Source: Melioribacteraceae bacterium | GTDB lineage: Bacteria; Bacteroidota; Ignavibacteria; Ignavibacteriales; Melioribacteraceae | NCBI GenBank assembly: GCA_035362835.1 | Contig: DAOSDY010000004.1 | Span: 113,836-177,835 of the forward strand | Length of the DNA: 64,000 nt | Reading direction: 5' to 3' | Shown: positions 48,918 to 60,152 of the stretch, in pieces | Numbering within the stretch: position 1 is the stretch's first letter | Layout of the letters: each line of letters opens with the position of its first letter | Program-made: the position numbers and the translations under genes | The notes under the pieces: generated by a model | Told to the model about the DNA's origin: nothing | Databases searched by the model: none | The model's input: only the letters and a program-made list of their open reading frames with translations

Positions 48918-50728
48918 ACGATACCAATTTCGGTTCAGTTATTAGAAGAAGAATATTCCTGACTGTAATAATCGGTTTTATTGCGGTGATCTTTTTCCAG
49001 CTTTTCAGCATGCAGATTCTTAATCAGCCGGCTTACTCAACTAAAGCGGATGAAAACAGCGTTAAACCGATTTATCAGACTGCTCCTCGCGGTCTCTTTT
49101 TCGACCGGAATAACCAGGTCCTTGTTGGTAACAAACCCTCTTTTACTCTGCGTATTACCCCGGCCGATTATGACAGTAAACTCACTCCTTATATTGAAGC
49201 AATTCTCGGAGTTCCTGAAGGATATATCGATAAGATTCTTAAACAGAATGAACAATTCTCACGTTTTATTCCGCGACGGGTTGCAAAGGATGTCGACTTC
49301 AAGGTAATTGCTTGGTACGAGGAGAATTCAGCAAAACTGCCCGGTCTCGATTACGTTATAGAAACTCAGCGCGACTATTCTTTTGGAGTTATGGGGTCAC
49401 ATCTTTTCGGTTATAGTAAGGAAATTTCCTCTGTCCAACTTCAAAGAAGAAAAGAAGATTACTCGATGGGCGATGAAATCGGTTTCAGCGGGATTGAAAA
49501 AACTTATGAGGATATTCTAAAAGGTAATAAAGGAATTAAATATGTGCTGGTTGACTCTCACCAGAAAACAATTGGAAAGTATAAGGATGGTGAAGAAGAC
49601 CGGACGGCGGTAAAAGGATACGACCTGGTTCTGACTATCGATAAAGATGCACAGATGGTTGCTGAAGCGGCCTTTAAGGATAAGAGAGGCGCACTGGTAG
49701 CTATTGAACCGTCAACTGGAGAAATACTGGCCTTTGTTAGTGCCCCTGAATTCAATCTGCAGGATTTTGCATCTGTTACTTCAAATGAAGTATGGACAAA
49801 ATTGAATACTGATCCGGATAAACCGATGTTCAACCGCGCAACTATGTCAATCTATTCTCCCGGATCAACTTATAAAATGTTGGCCGCACTCACGGCGCTT
49901 GAAGAAGGTATAATCGATACAACTTTTCGGGTCCATTGCGGCGGGGGAATGCAATATGGCGACCGTTACTTTAAGTGTCTACACGTTCACGGAACTGTTA
50001 ATGTAACAACAGCTATCGAAAAATCGTGTAATACTTTTTTTTATCAGCTGATTCTTAAAATCGGTCTCGATAAATGGTCGGAATATTCTAGCAGATTCGG
50101 ATTCGGTAAAAAATCCGGTATCGATATTCCTGAAGAAAGTCCAGGTATCCTTCCTACTAGAAAATATTACGACAGGGCATTCGGTCTAAACAGATGGCCT
50201 AAAGGAATCCTTATCTCTCTCGGCATCGGGCAGGGGGAGTTGAGTGTTACTCCATTACAGCTTGCTCAATATGCCTCCCTTTTTGCAAATTACGGGAAGT
50301 CGGCAAGACCCCATTTTCTTAAAGGATATATAGAAACCCAGACAGGTAAATATACAGGTGTAGAACCCAGAGTGTTCGACTTAAAAATTAGTTCTAAATC
50401 GTTTGATGTTGTTAGATATGCGATGTTCAAGGTTGTTAATGGAGCCGGTACTGCAGGCAATATAAGGTTGCCCAATATTCATATAGCCGGTAAGACAGGT
50501 ACTGCACAGAATCCTCACGGAGAAGATCACGCAGTCTTTTTAGGCTTCGCTCCGTATGAAAATCCTAAAATTGCAATTGCAGTTATTGTGGAGAATGTCG
50601 GCTTCGGTAGTGTTCACGCTGCCCCCATCGCAAGAGATGTTATTAAAGCTTATCTGGAAAAAGGAAGTGCGACACAGATAATTCAAAGTGACTATTTGAG
50701 CGAGTTAAAAGGAACGGAGATACGTTAA
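48914..50728 (+). CDS. mrdA: Penicillin-binding protein 2 (elongasome transpeptidase)
   Basis: STYK, SCN and KTGTAQ motifs. N-terminal anchor. ATGA overlap with mreD. Confidence 0.93.
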   Translation: MNDTNFGSVIRRRIFLTVIIGFIAVIFFQLFSMQILNQPAYSTKADENSVKPIYQTAPRGLFFDRNNQVLVGNKPSFTLRITPADYDSKLTPYIEAILGVPEGYIDKILKQNEQFSRFIPRRVAKDVDFKVIAWYEENSAKLPGLDYVIETQRDYSFGVMGSHLFGYSKEISSVQLQRRKEDYSMGDEIGFSGIEKTYEDILKGNKGIKYVLVDSHQKTIGKYKDGEEDRTAVKGYDLVLTIDKDAQMVAEAAFKDKRGALVAIEPSTGEILAFVSAPEFNLQDFASVTSNEVWTKLNTDPDKPMFNRATMSIYSPGSTYKMLAALTALEEGIIDTTFRVHCGGGMQYGDRYFKCLHVHGTVNVTTAIEKSCNTFFYQLILKIGLDKWSEYSSRFGFGKKSGIDIPEESPGILPTRKYYDRAFGLNRWPKGILISLGIGQGELSVTPLQLAQYASLFANYGKSARPHFLKGYIETQTGKYTGVEPRVFDLKISSKSFDVVRYAMFKVVNGAGTAGNIRLPNIHIAGKTGTAQNPHGEDHAVFLGFAPYENPKIAIAVIVENVGFGSVHAAPIARDVIKAYLEKGSATQIIQSDYLSELKGTEIR

Positions 50729-50729
50729 A

Positions 50730-51959
50730 TTGCAGATTAATTATAAGCTTCAGGATAAATTCGATCTTTCAATTTTTCTACCATTTTTTGTCCTTACTAT
50801 ACTTGGACTGATTGCTGTCTATAGTTCAACGGTAAATCATCCTACTGCGAGCGGCAATTTTCAGAAACAACTCTATTCAGCAATAGTATCTCTTATTGCA
50901 TTCTTTATTGTTTTCTCGCTTCCCCAACAGTTATTTAAAATGCTTGCCGTTCCTTCCTATCTGCTTTCTGTTCTGCTTCTTCTTTTAGTTCTCTTTGCAG
51001 GTAAAACAGTCTATGGCTCGAAGAGCTGGTTGAGTTTTGGACCGATCGGTTTTCAACCTTCGGAGTTTGCCAAGCTTGGTACCATTCTCTGTCTTTCAAA
51101 CTGGCTTACTTATAAGAATCGGGATATAAACAATATTAAAGATATAGGTGTAGCCCTTGCTATCGGATTTCTGCCGGTTATATTGATTTTACTCGAACCG
51201 GATACGGGCACTTCCATTGTCTTTATTATTATTACGCTTTCTCTCATCTATTGGAGCGGTATAAGTCTGTTTGGCCTCTTTGTAGTTATTTCCCCGGGTG
51301 TTGTTGTAATTGCTTCGTTATTCGGAACTCTCGTATTTATACTCTCCCTGATAATGGTTGTAATAGCCCTCTTTCTATTTAAAAGAGATCTATTTAACAG
51401 TATAACTGTTTTCGTTATAAATTTAGGAGCGAGTTTCTTTTTTGATTATGCATTCAGAATTTTAAAACCGCATCAGCAGAAGAGAATAGAATCATTCCTG
51501 GATCCTTCTATGGATCCACTCGGATCCGGTTATAACGCTCTGCAGGCTAAACTCGCTATCGGTTCCGGAGGGTTTACCGGAAAAGGATTCCTTCAGGGAA
51601 ACCAGACTCAATTGAGATTTATTCCGGAACAATGGACTGATTTTATTTACTGTGTAATTGGCGAGGAGTTCGGTTTTCTGGGAAGCATACTTGTACTGTC
51701 CCTCTTCCTTATTATTTTTTTAAGACTCATCAATATTTCCAATCTTGCGAAGGACAGATTCAGTGTTTTAATAATCGTTGGTATACTGAGTTTGATGTTC
51801 AGTCATTTTGCAATTAATATTGGAATGAATGTCGGTATCACTCCTGTTGTCGGATTGCCTCTTCCATTCCTTAGCTACGGCGGAAGTTCTCTTCTTGTCA
51901 ATATGATAATGATGGGGATTGTACTTAACATTTATCGTAACAGAAAAATGCATACATGA
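50730..51959 (+). CDS. rodA: SEDS family peptidoglycan polymerase RodA
   Basis: [14 protein letters not shown] and [10 protein letters not shown] motifs. TTG start. Confidence 0.92.
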   Translation: MQINYKLQDKFDLSIFLPFFVLTILGLIAVYSSTVNHPTASGNFQKQLYSAIVSLIAFFIVFSLPQQLFKMLAVPSYLLSVLLLLLVLFAGKTVYGSKSWLSFGPIGFQPSEFAKLGTILCLSNWLTYKNRDINNIKDIGVALAIGFLPVILILLEPDTGTSIVFIIITLSLIYWSGISLFGLFVVISPGVVVIASLFGTLVFILSLIMVVIALFLFKRDLFNSITVFVINLGASFFFDYAFRILKPHQQKRIESFLDPSMDPLGSGYNALQAKLAIGSGGFTGKGFLQGNQTQLRFIPEQWTDFIYCVIGEEFGFLGSILVLSLFLIIFLRLINISNLAKDRFSVLIIVGILSLMFSHFAINIGMNVGITPVVGLPLPFLSYGGSSLLVNMIMMGIVLNIYRNRKMHT

Positions 51960-51973
51960 AAAAATAAAGGCTT

Positions 51974-52792
51974 ATGATGAATGCGCTTCAAAAACTGAAT
52001 GAAAGGTTTAAAAACGGATTCCATATTTGTGTAGGTCTCGATACTGACATAACGAAAATCCCGAAACATCTTTTAAAAAATTCTAATCCTGTTGAAGAAT
52101 TCAATAAAATTATTATTGATAATACGCACCGACATGCTGCGGCCTACAAAATAAATTTCGCTTTTTATGAAAAGGATGGCTCTAAAGGATTTGATAATAT
52201 CCATAGAATTCTTGAATATCTTAAAAATCTCCCGTGTTTAATAATTGCAGATGCTAAAAGAGGCGATATCGGTAATACTTCTCTTATGTATGCACAATCG
52301 GTTTTCGATCATTTCGGTTTCGATGCCGTTACTCTTCACCCGTATATGGGCTTTGATTCCATTGAACCTTTTCTCAATTACCAGGATAAATTGAATTTCA
52401 TTCTGGCCTTAACTTCCAATCCGGGATCCGCAGATTTTGAAAAGCAAATGTTGGCTGATAATACCTTCCTTTATCAGAAAGTAATTAGTAAAGTCCTGAA
52501 GTGGAATAACCTGAAAAATTGCGGGATCGTATTCGGGGCTACCAATCTTAATGAGCTTCAGGATAATATAAATTCTTTCGGAGAATTGCCTGTGCTTCTT
52601 CCCGGTGTTGGATCTCAGGGCGGAGACTTGAATGAAGTTGTCTCTGTGTTTAACTCGGTCAACAATCGTAATTTTCTTATAAATGTTAGCAGAGCTTTGA
52701 TCTATAGCGACGGCTCGGAGAACTTCGGCCGGAAGGCTTATGAGTACATCTCATTTATGAATGATTCTGTTGCGGGAATAATTTCAAAATAA
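51974..52792 (+). CDS. pyrF: Orotidine 5'-phosphate decarboxylase, type 2
   Basis: VGLDT and DAKRGDIGNT motifs. About 270 aa, the long form. Confidence 0.9.
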   Translation: MMNALQKLNERFKNGFHICVGLDTDITKIPKHLLKNSNPVEEFNKIIIDNTHRHAAAYKINFAFYEKDGSKGFDNIHRILEYLKNLPCLIIADAKRGDIGNTSLMYAQSVFDHFGFDAVTLHPYMGFDSIEPFLNYQDKLNFILALTSNPGSADFEKQMLADNTFLYQKVISKVLKWNNLKNCGIVFGATNLNELQDNINSFGELPVLLPGVGSQGGDLNEVVSVFNSVNNRNFLINVSRALIYSDGSENFGRKAYEYISFMNDSVAGIISK

Positions 52793-52886
52793 GTAATAGC
52801 ATTTTGACAATTTAAATATTAACTTGAACAGCAGTTTAATAGCAGCGACTTTATCTTAGTCAGATAACAATACAAACTCATGGACT

Positions 52887-54368
52887 ATGAGTTCTGATAT
52901 AAAGGTCCCCGAAAGCTTGCTGTACGAAGTTTGGCAGAAACAATCCTACAAATCCTCTCTGAAAACAGAGACGGGCGATGAAATTTCAATCCTCGATTCC
53001 GGAAGTAAAAACGATGACTTTGCCGGTCCAGACTTTAAAAACGCACGAATCCGGATCGGTAACCTTACTTACGTTGGTGATATTGAAATAGACAGCAGTT
53101 ATGCCGATTGGAAAAATCACGGTCATAATATCGATAATAAGTATAACAGCGTTGTACTGCATGCTACGTTTGTTAATAAAAATCATCAGCCTCATGTTTA
53201 TACTCGTAATGGCAGGAAAGTCCCTTCTATCTGTCTGGCCCCATTCATCGATGATTCTTTACTTGAAAACTTGAAACAATCTATCAGTGGTGATAAAGAG
53301 GAAGTCGTCACTAATATGAAGTGTTCTTCAGTTTCAGTGTCCATAAGCAGTGAAATAAAAGAAAAATTTCTTTCTCAACTGGGTGTCGACCGTTTTCATA
53401 AAAAATGTAACCGGATATTTGAAAGATTAAAAGAACTTCAATTCCTCAATGAACTTAATATTAAAGAGCCGGTAATCGGTTACGAACTTTCATCCCGTTT
53501 CCATGAGAAAAAATTCCAGCACTCGGATTTTTCGAATAAATTATTGTGGCAGCAGCTCTTTTACGAACTCCTGTTCGAAGCGCTCGGCTATTCAAAAAAT
53601 AAAGTCCAGATGACCGAACTAGCTCAGATCGCTAATGTCAATTTTCTGAAAAAAATTGAGAGCGACGGAATCCTGATCGATAAATACGAAGCACTCCTCC
53701 TTTATATAAGCGGTTTGGCAAATTCCTCAGATAAAGTTAACAGTCCCGACTCTAAAAATTATATTGAACGGATTCTTCTCAACTGGAATGCTGTAAAACC
53801 ATTTTACGACGGCAGGTATATGGAGGAATCCAACTGGCACTTTTTCAGACTTCGGCCTCAGAATTTCCCGACAATTAGAATGGCTGCCGGTGCACGATTG
53901 CTGAAAGAACTTCTTCACGGTAATATGATAAATATAATAGCCAAGAAGATAACGGAAATTCATAACCTTACAGTATTGATTAATTCGCTAAGGTCCTTGT
54001 TTGTTGTAAGATCCGAGGGCTTCTGGAAAAACCACTACACTTTGGATCAGGCGGCAAGCAGCGAAATTAAATATTTTGTCGGAGCCACAAGAGCGGATGA
54101 AATAGTAATTAATGTTGTCCTTCCGTTCTTTGCTGTTTATTTCGAAGTATTCGGCAGCCCGAACATCACAAAGAAAATATTGAAAATCTATTCCATTTAT
54201 GAACAGCGGTCGGAAAATCAGATAGTTGTAGACGTCGGAAAATCTCTCAACATGAATGATAGTGTAAGGAGATCGGTTCTTGCACAGGGAATGATAGATC
54301 TATTTAGAAATTATTGTTCTAAAAACAAGTGTCTTGAATGTGAAATCGGAAAGATTATATTTAATTAG
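52887..54368 (+). CDS. DUF2851-like protein of unknown function
   Basis: VGDIEIDSSYADWKNHGHNIDNKYNSVVLHATF resembles the conserved DUF2851 core (recalled from memory). C-terminal C-x5-C-x2-C (CSKNKCLEC). Confidence 0.6.
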   Translation: MSSDIKVPESLLYEVWQKQSYKSSLKTETGDEISILDSGSKNDDFAGPDFKNARIRIGNLTYVGDIEIDSSYADWKNHGHNIDNKYNSVVLHATFVNKNHQPHVYTRNGRKVPSICLAPFIDDSLLENLKQSISGDKEEVVTNMKCSSVSVSISSEIKEKFLSQLGVDRFHKKCNRIFERLKELQFLNELNIKEPVIGYELSSRFHEKKFQHSDFSNKLLWQQLFYELLFEALGYSKNKVQMTELAQIANVNFLKKIESDGILIDKYEALLLYISGLANSSDKVNSPDSKNYIERILLNWNAVKPFYDGRYMEESNWHFFRLRPQNFPTIRMAAGARLLKELLHGNMINIIAKKITEIHNLTVLINSLRSLFVVRSEGFWKNHYTLDQAASSEIKYFVGATRADEIVINVVLPFFAVYFEVFGSPNITKKILKIYSIYEQRSENQIVVDVGKSLNMNDSVRRSVLAQGMIDLFRNYCSKNKCLECEIGKIIFN

Positions 54369-54967
54369 TTCTGAGTCCCAGAAAGCTTATTTATCTCGTC
54401 CCTTATTTTTGCTGCCCTTTCATAATCCTCTTTTTCTATAGCTTCTCTTAATTGATCCTGCAATTGTGCTAATTTTGTTTCCGGTATACTCTTTTTGCGC
54501 GGTTTCGCTTCTGATTCATGTGTATGAGGGAGTTCTTCAGATTCATCAATTTCTTCGCTTGATGGTACAAACGAGGCGGTACGCATTACATCCTCTGCAA
54601 CGTAAAGAGGTGCTCCGGTTCTTACGGCAAGCGCAATCGCATCGCTCGGTCGAGAATCTATTTCGTTGGATAATGTGGCTACTTCAATTTTGATCTTTGC
54701 GTAGAATGTATTCTCTTTAAGTTCATCAATTATTATTTCAGTGACAGTCGCACCCAGATTATCAATCAGGTTTTTCAGCAGATCATGTGTAAGGGGACGG
54801 GGCGGTTTTATCCCCTCCATTTCAAGCGCGATCGATTGAGCTTCGAAAGAACCGATAATTATCGGTAGCCTCCTTACTCCATAAACTTCTTTAAGCAGTA
54901 GAGCGTAAGCTCCGCCAGCCGATGGACTGGCGGAGAGTCCTAATATTTCTACTTGTACCTTATTCAC
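54365..54967 (-). CDS. Bifunctional nuclease (DUF151/BFN) family protein with C-terminal UVR motif
   Basis: N-terminal BFN-like domain (RRLPIIIGSFEAQSIA...RPLTHDL, ARPSDAIALA). C-terminal LREAIEKEDYERAAKIRDEI UvrB/C-type motif. Confidence 0.8.
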   Translation of the reverse strand: MNKVQVEILGLSASPSAGGAYALLLKEVYGVRRLPIIIGSFEAQSIALEMEGIKPPRPLTHDLLKNLIDNLGATVTEIIIDELKENTFYAKIKIEVATLSNEIDSRPSDAIALAVRTGAPLYVAEDVMRTASFVPSSEEIDESEELPHTHESEAKPRKKSIPETKLAQLQDQLREAIEKEDYERAAKIRDEINKLSGTQN

Positions 54968-54976
54968 AATTCCCTA

Positions 54977-55939
54977 TTATTTAATTTTTTTTATCTCTTC
55001 AATTAATGCCGGCACTACTTCAAATACATCGCCAACTATTCCATAATCGGCAACCTGAAAGATCGGAGCGTCTTTATCCTTATTCACTGCAACAATATAC
55101 TTTGAGGAACGCATTCCAGCCAGATGCTGAATGGCGCCTGAAATACCTAGTGCAATATATAATGTGGGTGAGACTGTCTTTCCTGTCTGGCCAACCTGCT
55201 CACCATGAGGCCGCCATCCGGCATCTACTACCGCTCTGGAAGCACCTGATGCTGCACCAAGAAGTTCCGATAATTCCTCAATCATTTTAAAGTGTTCGGG
55301 ACCTTTCATACCTCTTCCGCCCGATACGATTATCTCGGCTTCGGCTACATCCAGTTTACCCTCAGATTTCTTAATCTCAATCACCTTTGTTGTTAAATCC
55401 GGGTTCTCAGCATTTTGTACGGTTACGTTTGCCGTAGTTCCGTCCGGTGTACCTGCATTGAAAACATTTGGGCGTAATGTGAAAATTTTAACCGGACTTG
55501 TCAATTTAATATCAAGAAGCACTTTACCGGCATAAATTGGACGAGTTGCAATCAATTCACCGTTTTGAATTTCGATTGACGTACAATCCATTGCGAGTCC
55601 GGCATCAATTCGTGCGGATAATCGGGGAGCTAAGTCTTTCCCCAGACTTGTATTGCCGATAAATACTATAGAGCCGTTTACATTTTTAATATATTCCGAC
55701 AGAATTTTAGAATAACCGCTTGGAGAATAGTCCTTCAGTTCCGCATTTTTTATATGAGTTACATTGTGAATTCCAAATCCTCCAACCTGATCAAGATTTT
55801 CGATTTCATTACCGATTACAACAGCTTCGGATTCGAATGATAGTTTAGCAGCAAACTCTGATGCGGCTTTAACTGCTTCCAAAGACGCTTTCTTGATCTG
55901 CCCGTTTCTCTGTTCAAGTATTGCAATTATTTTATTCAT
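54977..55939 (-). CDS. etfA: Electron transfer flavoprotein subunit alpha
   Basis: FAD-binding C-domain motifs VSGGRG, QVGQTGKTVSPTLYIALGISGAIQH and DAPIF. Confidence 0.93.
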   Translation of the reverse strand: MNKIIAILEQRNGQIKKASLEAVKAASEFAAKLSFESEAVVIGNEIENLDQVGGFGIHNVTHIKNAELKDYSPSGYSKILSEYIKNVNGSIVFIGNTSLGKDLAPRLSARIDAGLAMDCTSIEIQNGELIATRPIYAGKVLLDIKLTSPVKIFTLRPNVFNAGTPDGTTANVTVQNAENPDLTTKVIEIKKSEGKLDVAEAEIIVSGGRGMKGPEHFKMIEELSELLGAASGASRAVVDAGWRPHGEQVGQTGKTVSPTLYIALGISGAIQHLAGMRSSKYIVAVNKDKDAPIFQVADYGIVGDVFEVVPALIEEIKKIK

Positions 55940-55948
55940 TTGTCACCT

Positions 55949-56698
55949 CTATATTACCTTTGCTTCTTCGCGAAGCAGTCTTACCAATTCCGGAACCGCC
56001 GAAGCATCGGTGCCTATTATTTTCCCTGCCTGTTTAGGAGCAGGTCTTTTCATTCCTACTATTTCAACAAAATTAGCCGCAGCAGTTATTGTCTTTTCTG
56101 CTATTACTTTTTTCTTTGCAGCCATAATTCCTTTTAACGATGCATATCTCGGCTCGTTCAATCCTTTTTGTGCGGTTATTACTGCCGGAAGAGAGGATTC
56201 TACAACTTCTTTTCCCCCTTCTATCTCACGCTCGGCCGTAATTTTTTGCCCGTCCAGAGTAAATCCAACAACAACTGAAATACAATTATAACCGAGTATT
56301 TCAGACGTAATCTGTCCAACAACAGAATTATCGAAATCAACTGATTGTTTCCCGAAGAAAACCAATTCGGCATTCTGATTTTTTATTTCCTCTGCAAGAG
56401 CTTTTGCGACTGCCAGAGAGTCCCTGTAGGAATCGTCTTTAAGAAGAACGGCTTCGTCAACTCCCATTGCAAGAGCTTTACGAAGAGTTTCCTTATTTGC
56501 TTCACCGCCAAGACTGATAGCAACTGTCTCGCCTCCGGTTTTTTCCTTGGTCTTCAATGCTTCTTCAATTGCAAATTCATCGTAAGGATTCAACACATAT
56601 GTTACACCGGCAGGGTCGATTCCTTTACCCTCGCTTGAAATATTTATTTTTGCGGCTGTATCCGGTACATGACTAATACAAACAGCAATTTTCATCAA
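55949..56698 (-). CDS. etfB: Electron transfer flavoprotein subunit beta
   Basis: MKIAVCISHVPD N-terminus, NPYDEFAIEEAL and LVFFGKQSVD motifs. Directly upstream of etfA. Confidence 0.93.
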   Translation of the reverse strand: MMKIAVCISHVPDTAAKINISSEGKGIDPAGVTYVLNPYDEFAIEEALKTKEKTGGETVAISLGGEANKETLRKALAMGVDEAVLLKDDSYRDSLAVAKALAEEIKNQNAELVFFGKQSVDFDNSVVGQITSEILGYNCISVVVGFTLDGQKITAEREIEGGKEVVESSLPAVITAQKGLNEPRYASLKGIMAAKKKVIAEKTITAAANFVEIVGMKRPAPKQAGKIIGTDASAVPELVRLLREEAKVI

Positions 56699-56800
56699 TC
56701 CTCCCTGAAAAAATTAAATAATATTACTGTTTTCGATTTTCGAGCTGCAATATAATCAAAATTTATTTTTAGGGAGCAATTTTATAACTTGTCGTTGTAA

Positions 56801-57100
56801 ATGGGAACTCTTATGCAGACAGAAAAACCTGAAGGAATTATAGAGCCCGATATAACAAACGAATCCACTACCGGAATTCCGTACAAGGTAATTCTTTTTA
56901 ACGATGATGTTCATTCATTCGATGAAGTGATAAATCAACTTATGATCGCAATAAACTGCAGTTTTGAACATGCGCGTGCCCTGGCATTTGAAACTCATGT
57001 GAAGGGTAAATCCGTCGTTTTCACTGGCGACCTCGCAAAGTGTCTGAAAGTTTCTTCCGTTCTTGAGGAAATAGCTCTCCATACGCAGATTATTTCATAA
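56801..57100 (+). CDS. clpS: ATP-dependent Clp protease adaptor ClpS
   Basis: YKVILFNDDVHSFDEVINQL core motif. Start ATG 56801 or ATG 56813. Confidence 0.88.
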   Translation: MGTLMQTEKPEGIIEPDITNESTTGIPYKVILFNDDVHSFDEVINQLMIAINCSFEHARALAFETHVKGKSVVFTGDLAKCLKVSSVLEEIALHTQIIS

Positions 57101-57201
57101 CATAAATCCTCCTTTTAGCGGTTTCTGGTTTTATAAAGTAATTATTCAAATGAAAATGGTTATATTTGAACCCCATTTTTTCTAATTGTTAAGAGATATA
57201 A

Positions 57202-58281
57202 ATGCAGATTGGTTTAGTAGGGCTCCAATTTTCCGGAAAAACATCGCTTTTTAACACTTTATCAAAAGGGGCTACCCATTCACCAGGTCAGAAGGATGAA
57301 GCTTCCATTGAAGTTGTTAAAATCCCGGATGAGAGACTTGATAAGCTTTCAAAAATTTTCAATCCTAAAAAACAGGTGAACGCTACTATCGAAGTCTTTG
57401 ATATCCCCGGCTTAAGAATGTCTGAAGATAATAAAGTTAAGATCACCTCCGGTTTCCTTAATAGCGTCCGGAATAACGATGCGCTCTTTTATATTGTCAG
57501 GGCTTTTAAGGACGATTCTGTCCCTCACCCTATGAATAGTATCAATCCTCTTAGGGATATCGAATTTCTTGAGACGGAATTTTTACTTTCCGATCTAGCG
57601 TTCCTGGAGAATCGTTTAGAGAAATTGAAAAAAGATCTTCAGAAATCGAAAGATGAAAAGCTGAAAAGAGAAATACCGTTAATTGAAAAGTGTTTTGCAC
57701 ATTGCGAAAAGGAATTACCGCTAAGGACTCTCATTCTTGATGAAAATGATCTTAAAATTCTCGGCGGATATCAGCTCTTAACTTTGAAGCCACTCGCTAT
57801 TGCAGTTAATTATGATGAATCATCCATCCCCTTAGTTGATCAGGAAGTAAAAAACCTGAAAGATAATCTTCAGAAATCGGGTGCGATGGTTATTCCGTTC
57901 TTTGCAAAAATTGAACTGGAACTTTCACAGATGAGCGAAGAGGATCAAGCCGTCTTCATGCAGGATTACGGTATCTCCGAATCCGCCCTTGCAAAAATTT
58001 TGAGAACATCTTACGAAATACTTGGACTTCAATCCTTCTTTACGGTTGGCGAGGATGAATGCCGTGCCTGGACGATTAAGAAAAATTATAATGCGCAGCA
58101 GGCTGCTGGTGTTATTCATACCGACTTTTTCAATCGGTTTATTAGAGCTGAAGTAGTTCATTACGAGGATTTTCTTCAGCATGGATCTTTTAATAAATGT
58201 AAAGAAGCAGGTTCATGGCGTCTCGAAGGGAAAGAATATATAGTTAAGGATGGAGATATTCTTAACATTAGACATAATTGA
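57202..58281 (+). CDS. ychF: YchF/OLA1 family ribosome-associated ATPase
   Basis: P-loop GLQFSGKTSLFN, central coiled-coil insertion and a TGS-like C-terminus ending [17 protein letters not shown]. Confidence 0.85.
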   Translation: MQIGLVGLQFSGKTSLFNTLSKGATHSPGQKDEASIEVVKIPDERLDKLSKIFNPKKQVNATIEVFDIPGLRMSEDNKVKITSGFLNSVRNNDALFYIVRAFKDDSVPHPMNSINPLRDIEFLETEFLLSDLAFLENRLEKLKKDLQKSKDEKLKREIPLIEKCFAHCEKELPLRTLILDENDLKILGGYQLLTLKPLAIAVNYDESSIPLVDQEVKNLKDNLQKSGAMVIPFFAKIELELSQMSEEDQAVFMQDYGISESALAKILRTSYEILGLQSFFTVGEDECRAWTIKKNYNAQQAAGVIHTDFFNRFIRAEVVHYEDFLQHGSFNKCKEAGSWRLEGKEYIVKDGDILNIRHN

Positions 58282-60116
58282 AAGGAATTTCATTGAAAGT
58301 AGAAAACATTCGTAATCTTGCGATAATTGCTCATGTTGATCATGGCAAAACAACTTTAGTCGATTATATGCTTAAGCAGACAGGTGTTTGGAGAGCTAAC
58401 CAGCAGGTTGATACCAGAATTATGGATTCCAATCAGCTGGAAAAGGAACGTGGAATTACCATACTTGCCAAGAACTGCAGCATTAATTATAAAGGGATTA
58501 AAATCAACATTGTAGATACACCCGGCCACGCCGATTTCGGCGGGGAAGTCGAACGGACTTTAAGAATGGTCAACGGTGTTCTCCTGCTTGTAGATGCTGC
58601 GGAAGGCCCTCTCCCTCAAACAAAATTTGTTCTTAAGAAATCTCTCGACCTCGGATTGAAACCGATTGTTGTTATAAATAAAATTGACAGAAAGGATGCC
58701 CGGCCAAATCAGGTTCTCAATGAAGTATTCGATCTTTTTGTTTCGCTCGGCGCAAATGATGAGCAACTCGATTTCCCGTTCGTTTTTGCAATTGCAAAAC
58801 AGGGAATTGCCAAACTTCAGCTCGAGGATGAGAGAAGCGACTTGGAAGTCCTTCTCGAACAGATTGTTAAGCACGTTCCGCCTCCGACAATTACTGACGA
58901 GCCGTTCAGAATGCTAGTGTCGGCTATTGATTATAACGATTATCTCGGAAGAATTGGAATCGGAAGAGTCCACAGCGGAAAATTATCCGTCGGGGACCAG
59001 ATAACTCTCATTACGCGCGAAGGGGAAAAATTTAATTCGAAGATCTCAAGGCTCTATACTTTTGAAAATATTAAGAGGGTGGAAGTTGATGAATTAAGCG
59101 CCGGCGATATAGGTGCCTTCGCAGGATTCGAAGATGTTGACATTGGAAATACTATCTGCAACCCCGCATTTACTGAACCTTTGCCCTTTGTTGCCATTGA
59201 TGAACCGACTCTTACTATGAATTTTATTGTAAACAATTCACCGTTTGCAGGGCTGGAAGGGAAATATGTTACAACAAGAAATTTGAGTGAAAGACTTTCC
59301 AAGGAATTAAAAACGAATGTCTCTCTGCGTGTGGAAATGACCCAATCTCCGGATGTTTTCAAAGTTAGCGGAAGGGGAGAACTTCATCTGGCTATCCTTG
59401 TCGAAAATATGCGAAGAGAAGGGTATGAACTTCAGCTGAGCAAACCTGAAGTGATTATGAAAAAGATTGATGATGTGCTTTGCGAACCGTTCGAACACGT
59501 CATCATCGATGTGCCCGAAGAGTTTGTCGGCGTCGTTATTGAAAAACTGGGCAAGCGAAAAGGTGAAATGAAAAATATGATTTCATTTAATGATAATACG
59601 CGGCTCGAATTCTTAATCCCTGCAAGGGGACTTATCGGATACCGTTCGGAATTCATGACGGACACGAAAGGTACAGGAATACTTCATCACAATTTCCACG
59701 GATATGAACCATTCAAAGGTGAAATAAGTAATAGAACACGGGGTGCTCTTATCTCTATGGAAAGCGGAGTCGCCTCCGCATATGCTATGTGGAAACTTCA
59801 GGAAAGGACTCTCTTCTTTATTGAACCGGGTATTAAAGTTTATGAAGGAATGGTTGTAGGTGAAAATTCCAGGGACAACGATATGAGGATCAATGTTTGT
59901 AAAACCAAACAACTTACAAATATGAGAGCCTCAGGAGCCGACGAAGCTATCCGTCTGGAACCGCCCCGTTTATTAAGTCTCGAAACTGCTATTGAATGGA
60001 TTAATGATGATGAATATGTTGAAGTTACGCCGCAGAATATCAGAGTTAGAAAAAAGTATTTAACAGAACTCGACCGTAAAAATGCCCGGCTTGCGGAGAA
60101 ACAATCCGCTGGTTAA
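58278..60116 (+). CDS. typA: Translational GTPase TypA/BipA
   Basis: [33 protein letters not shown] and NKIDR motifs. 4-nt overlap with ychF. Start TTG 58278 or TTG 58293. Confidence 0.95.
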   Translation: MKGISLKVENIRNLAIIAHVDHGKTTLVDYMLKQTGVWRANQQVDTRIMDSNQLEKERGITILAKNCSINYKGIKINIVDTPGHADFGGEVERTLRMVNGVLLLVDAAEGPLPQTKFVLKKSLDLGLKPIVVINKIDRKDARPNQVLNEVFDLFVSLGANDEQLDFPFVFAIAKQGIAKLQLEDERSDLEVLLEQIVKHVPPPTITDEPFRMLVSAIDYNDYLGRIGIGRVHSGKLSVGDQITLITREGEKFNSKISRLYTFENIKRVEVDELSAGDIGAFAGFEDVDIGNTICNPAFTEPLPFVAIDEPTLTMNFIVNNSPFAGLEGKYVTTRNLSERLSKELKTNVSLRVEMTQSPDVFKVSGRGELHLAILVENMRREGYELQLSKPEVIMKKIDDVLCEPFEHVIIDVPEEFVGVVIEKLGKRKGEMKNMISFNDNTRLEFLIPARGLIGYRSEFMTDTKGTGILHHNFHGYEPFKGEISNRTRGALISMESGVASAYAMWKLQERTLFFIEPGIKVYEGMVVGENSRDNDMRINVCKTKQLTNMRASGADEAIRLEPPRLLSLETAIEWINDDEYVEVTPQNIRVRKKYLTELDRKNARLAEKQSAG

Positions 60117-60152
60117 ATTCTAAATGAAATTTTTGATTAAATGTGAGGTGTT

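Noticed and set aside
57146-57171. TTCAAAT...ATTTGAA 7-bp inverted repeat after clpS, considered as a terminator or ncRNA.
   Set aside because: The stem is entirely AT with a 12-nt loop, so predicted stability is low. It cannot be distinguished from chance in AT-rich spacer DNA.
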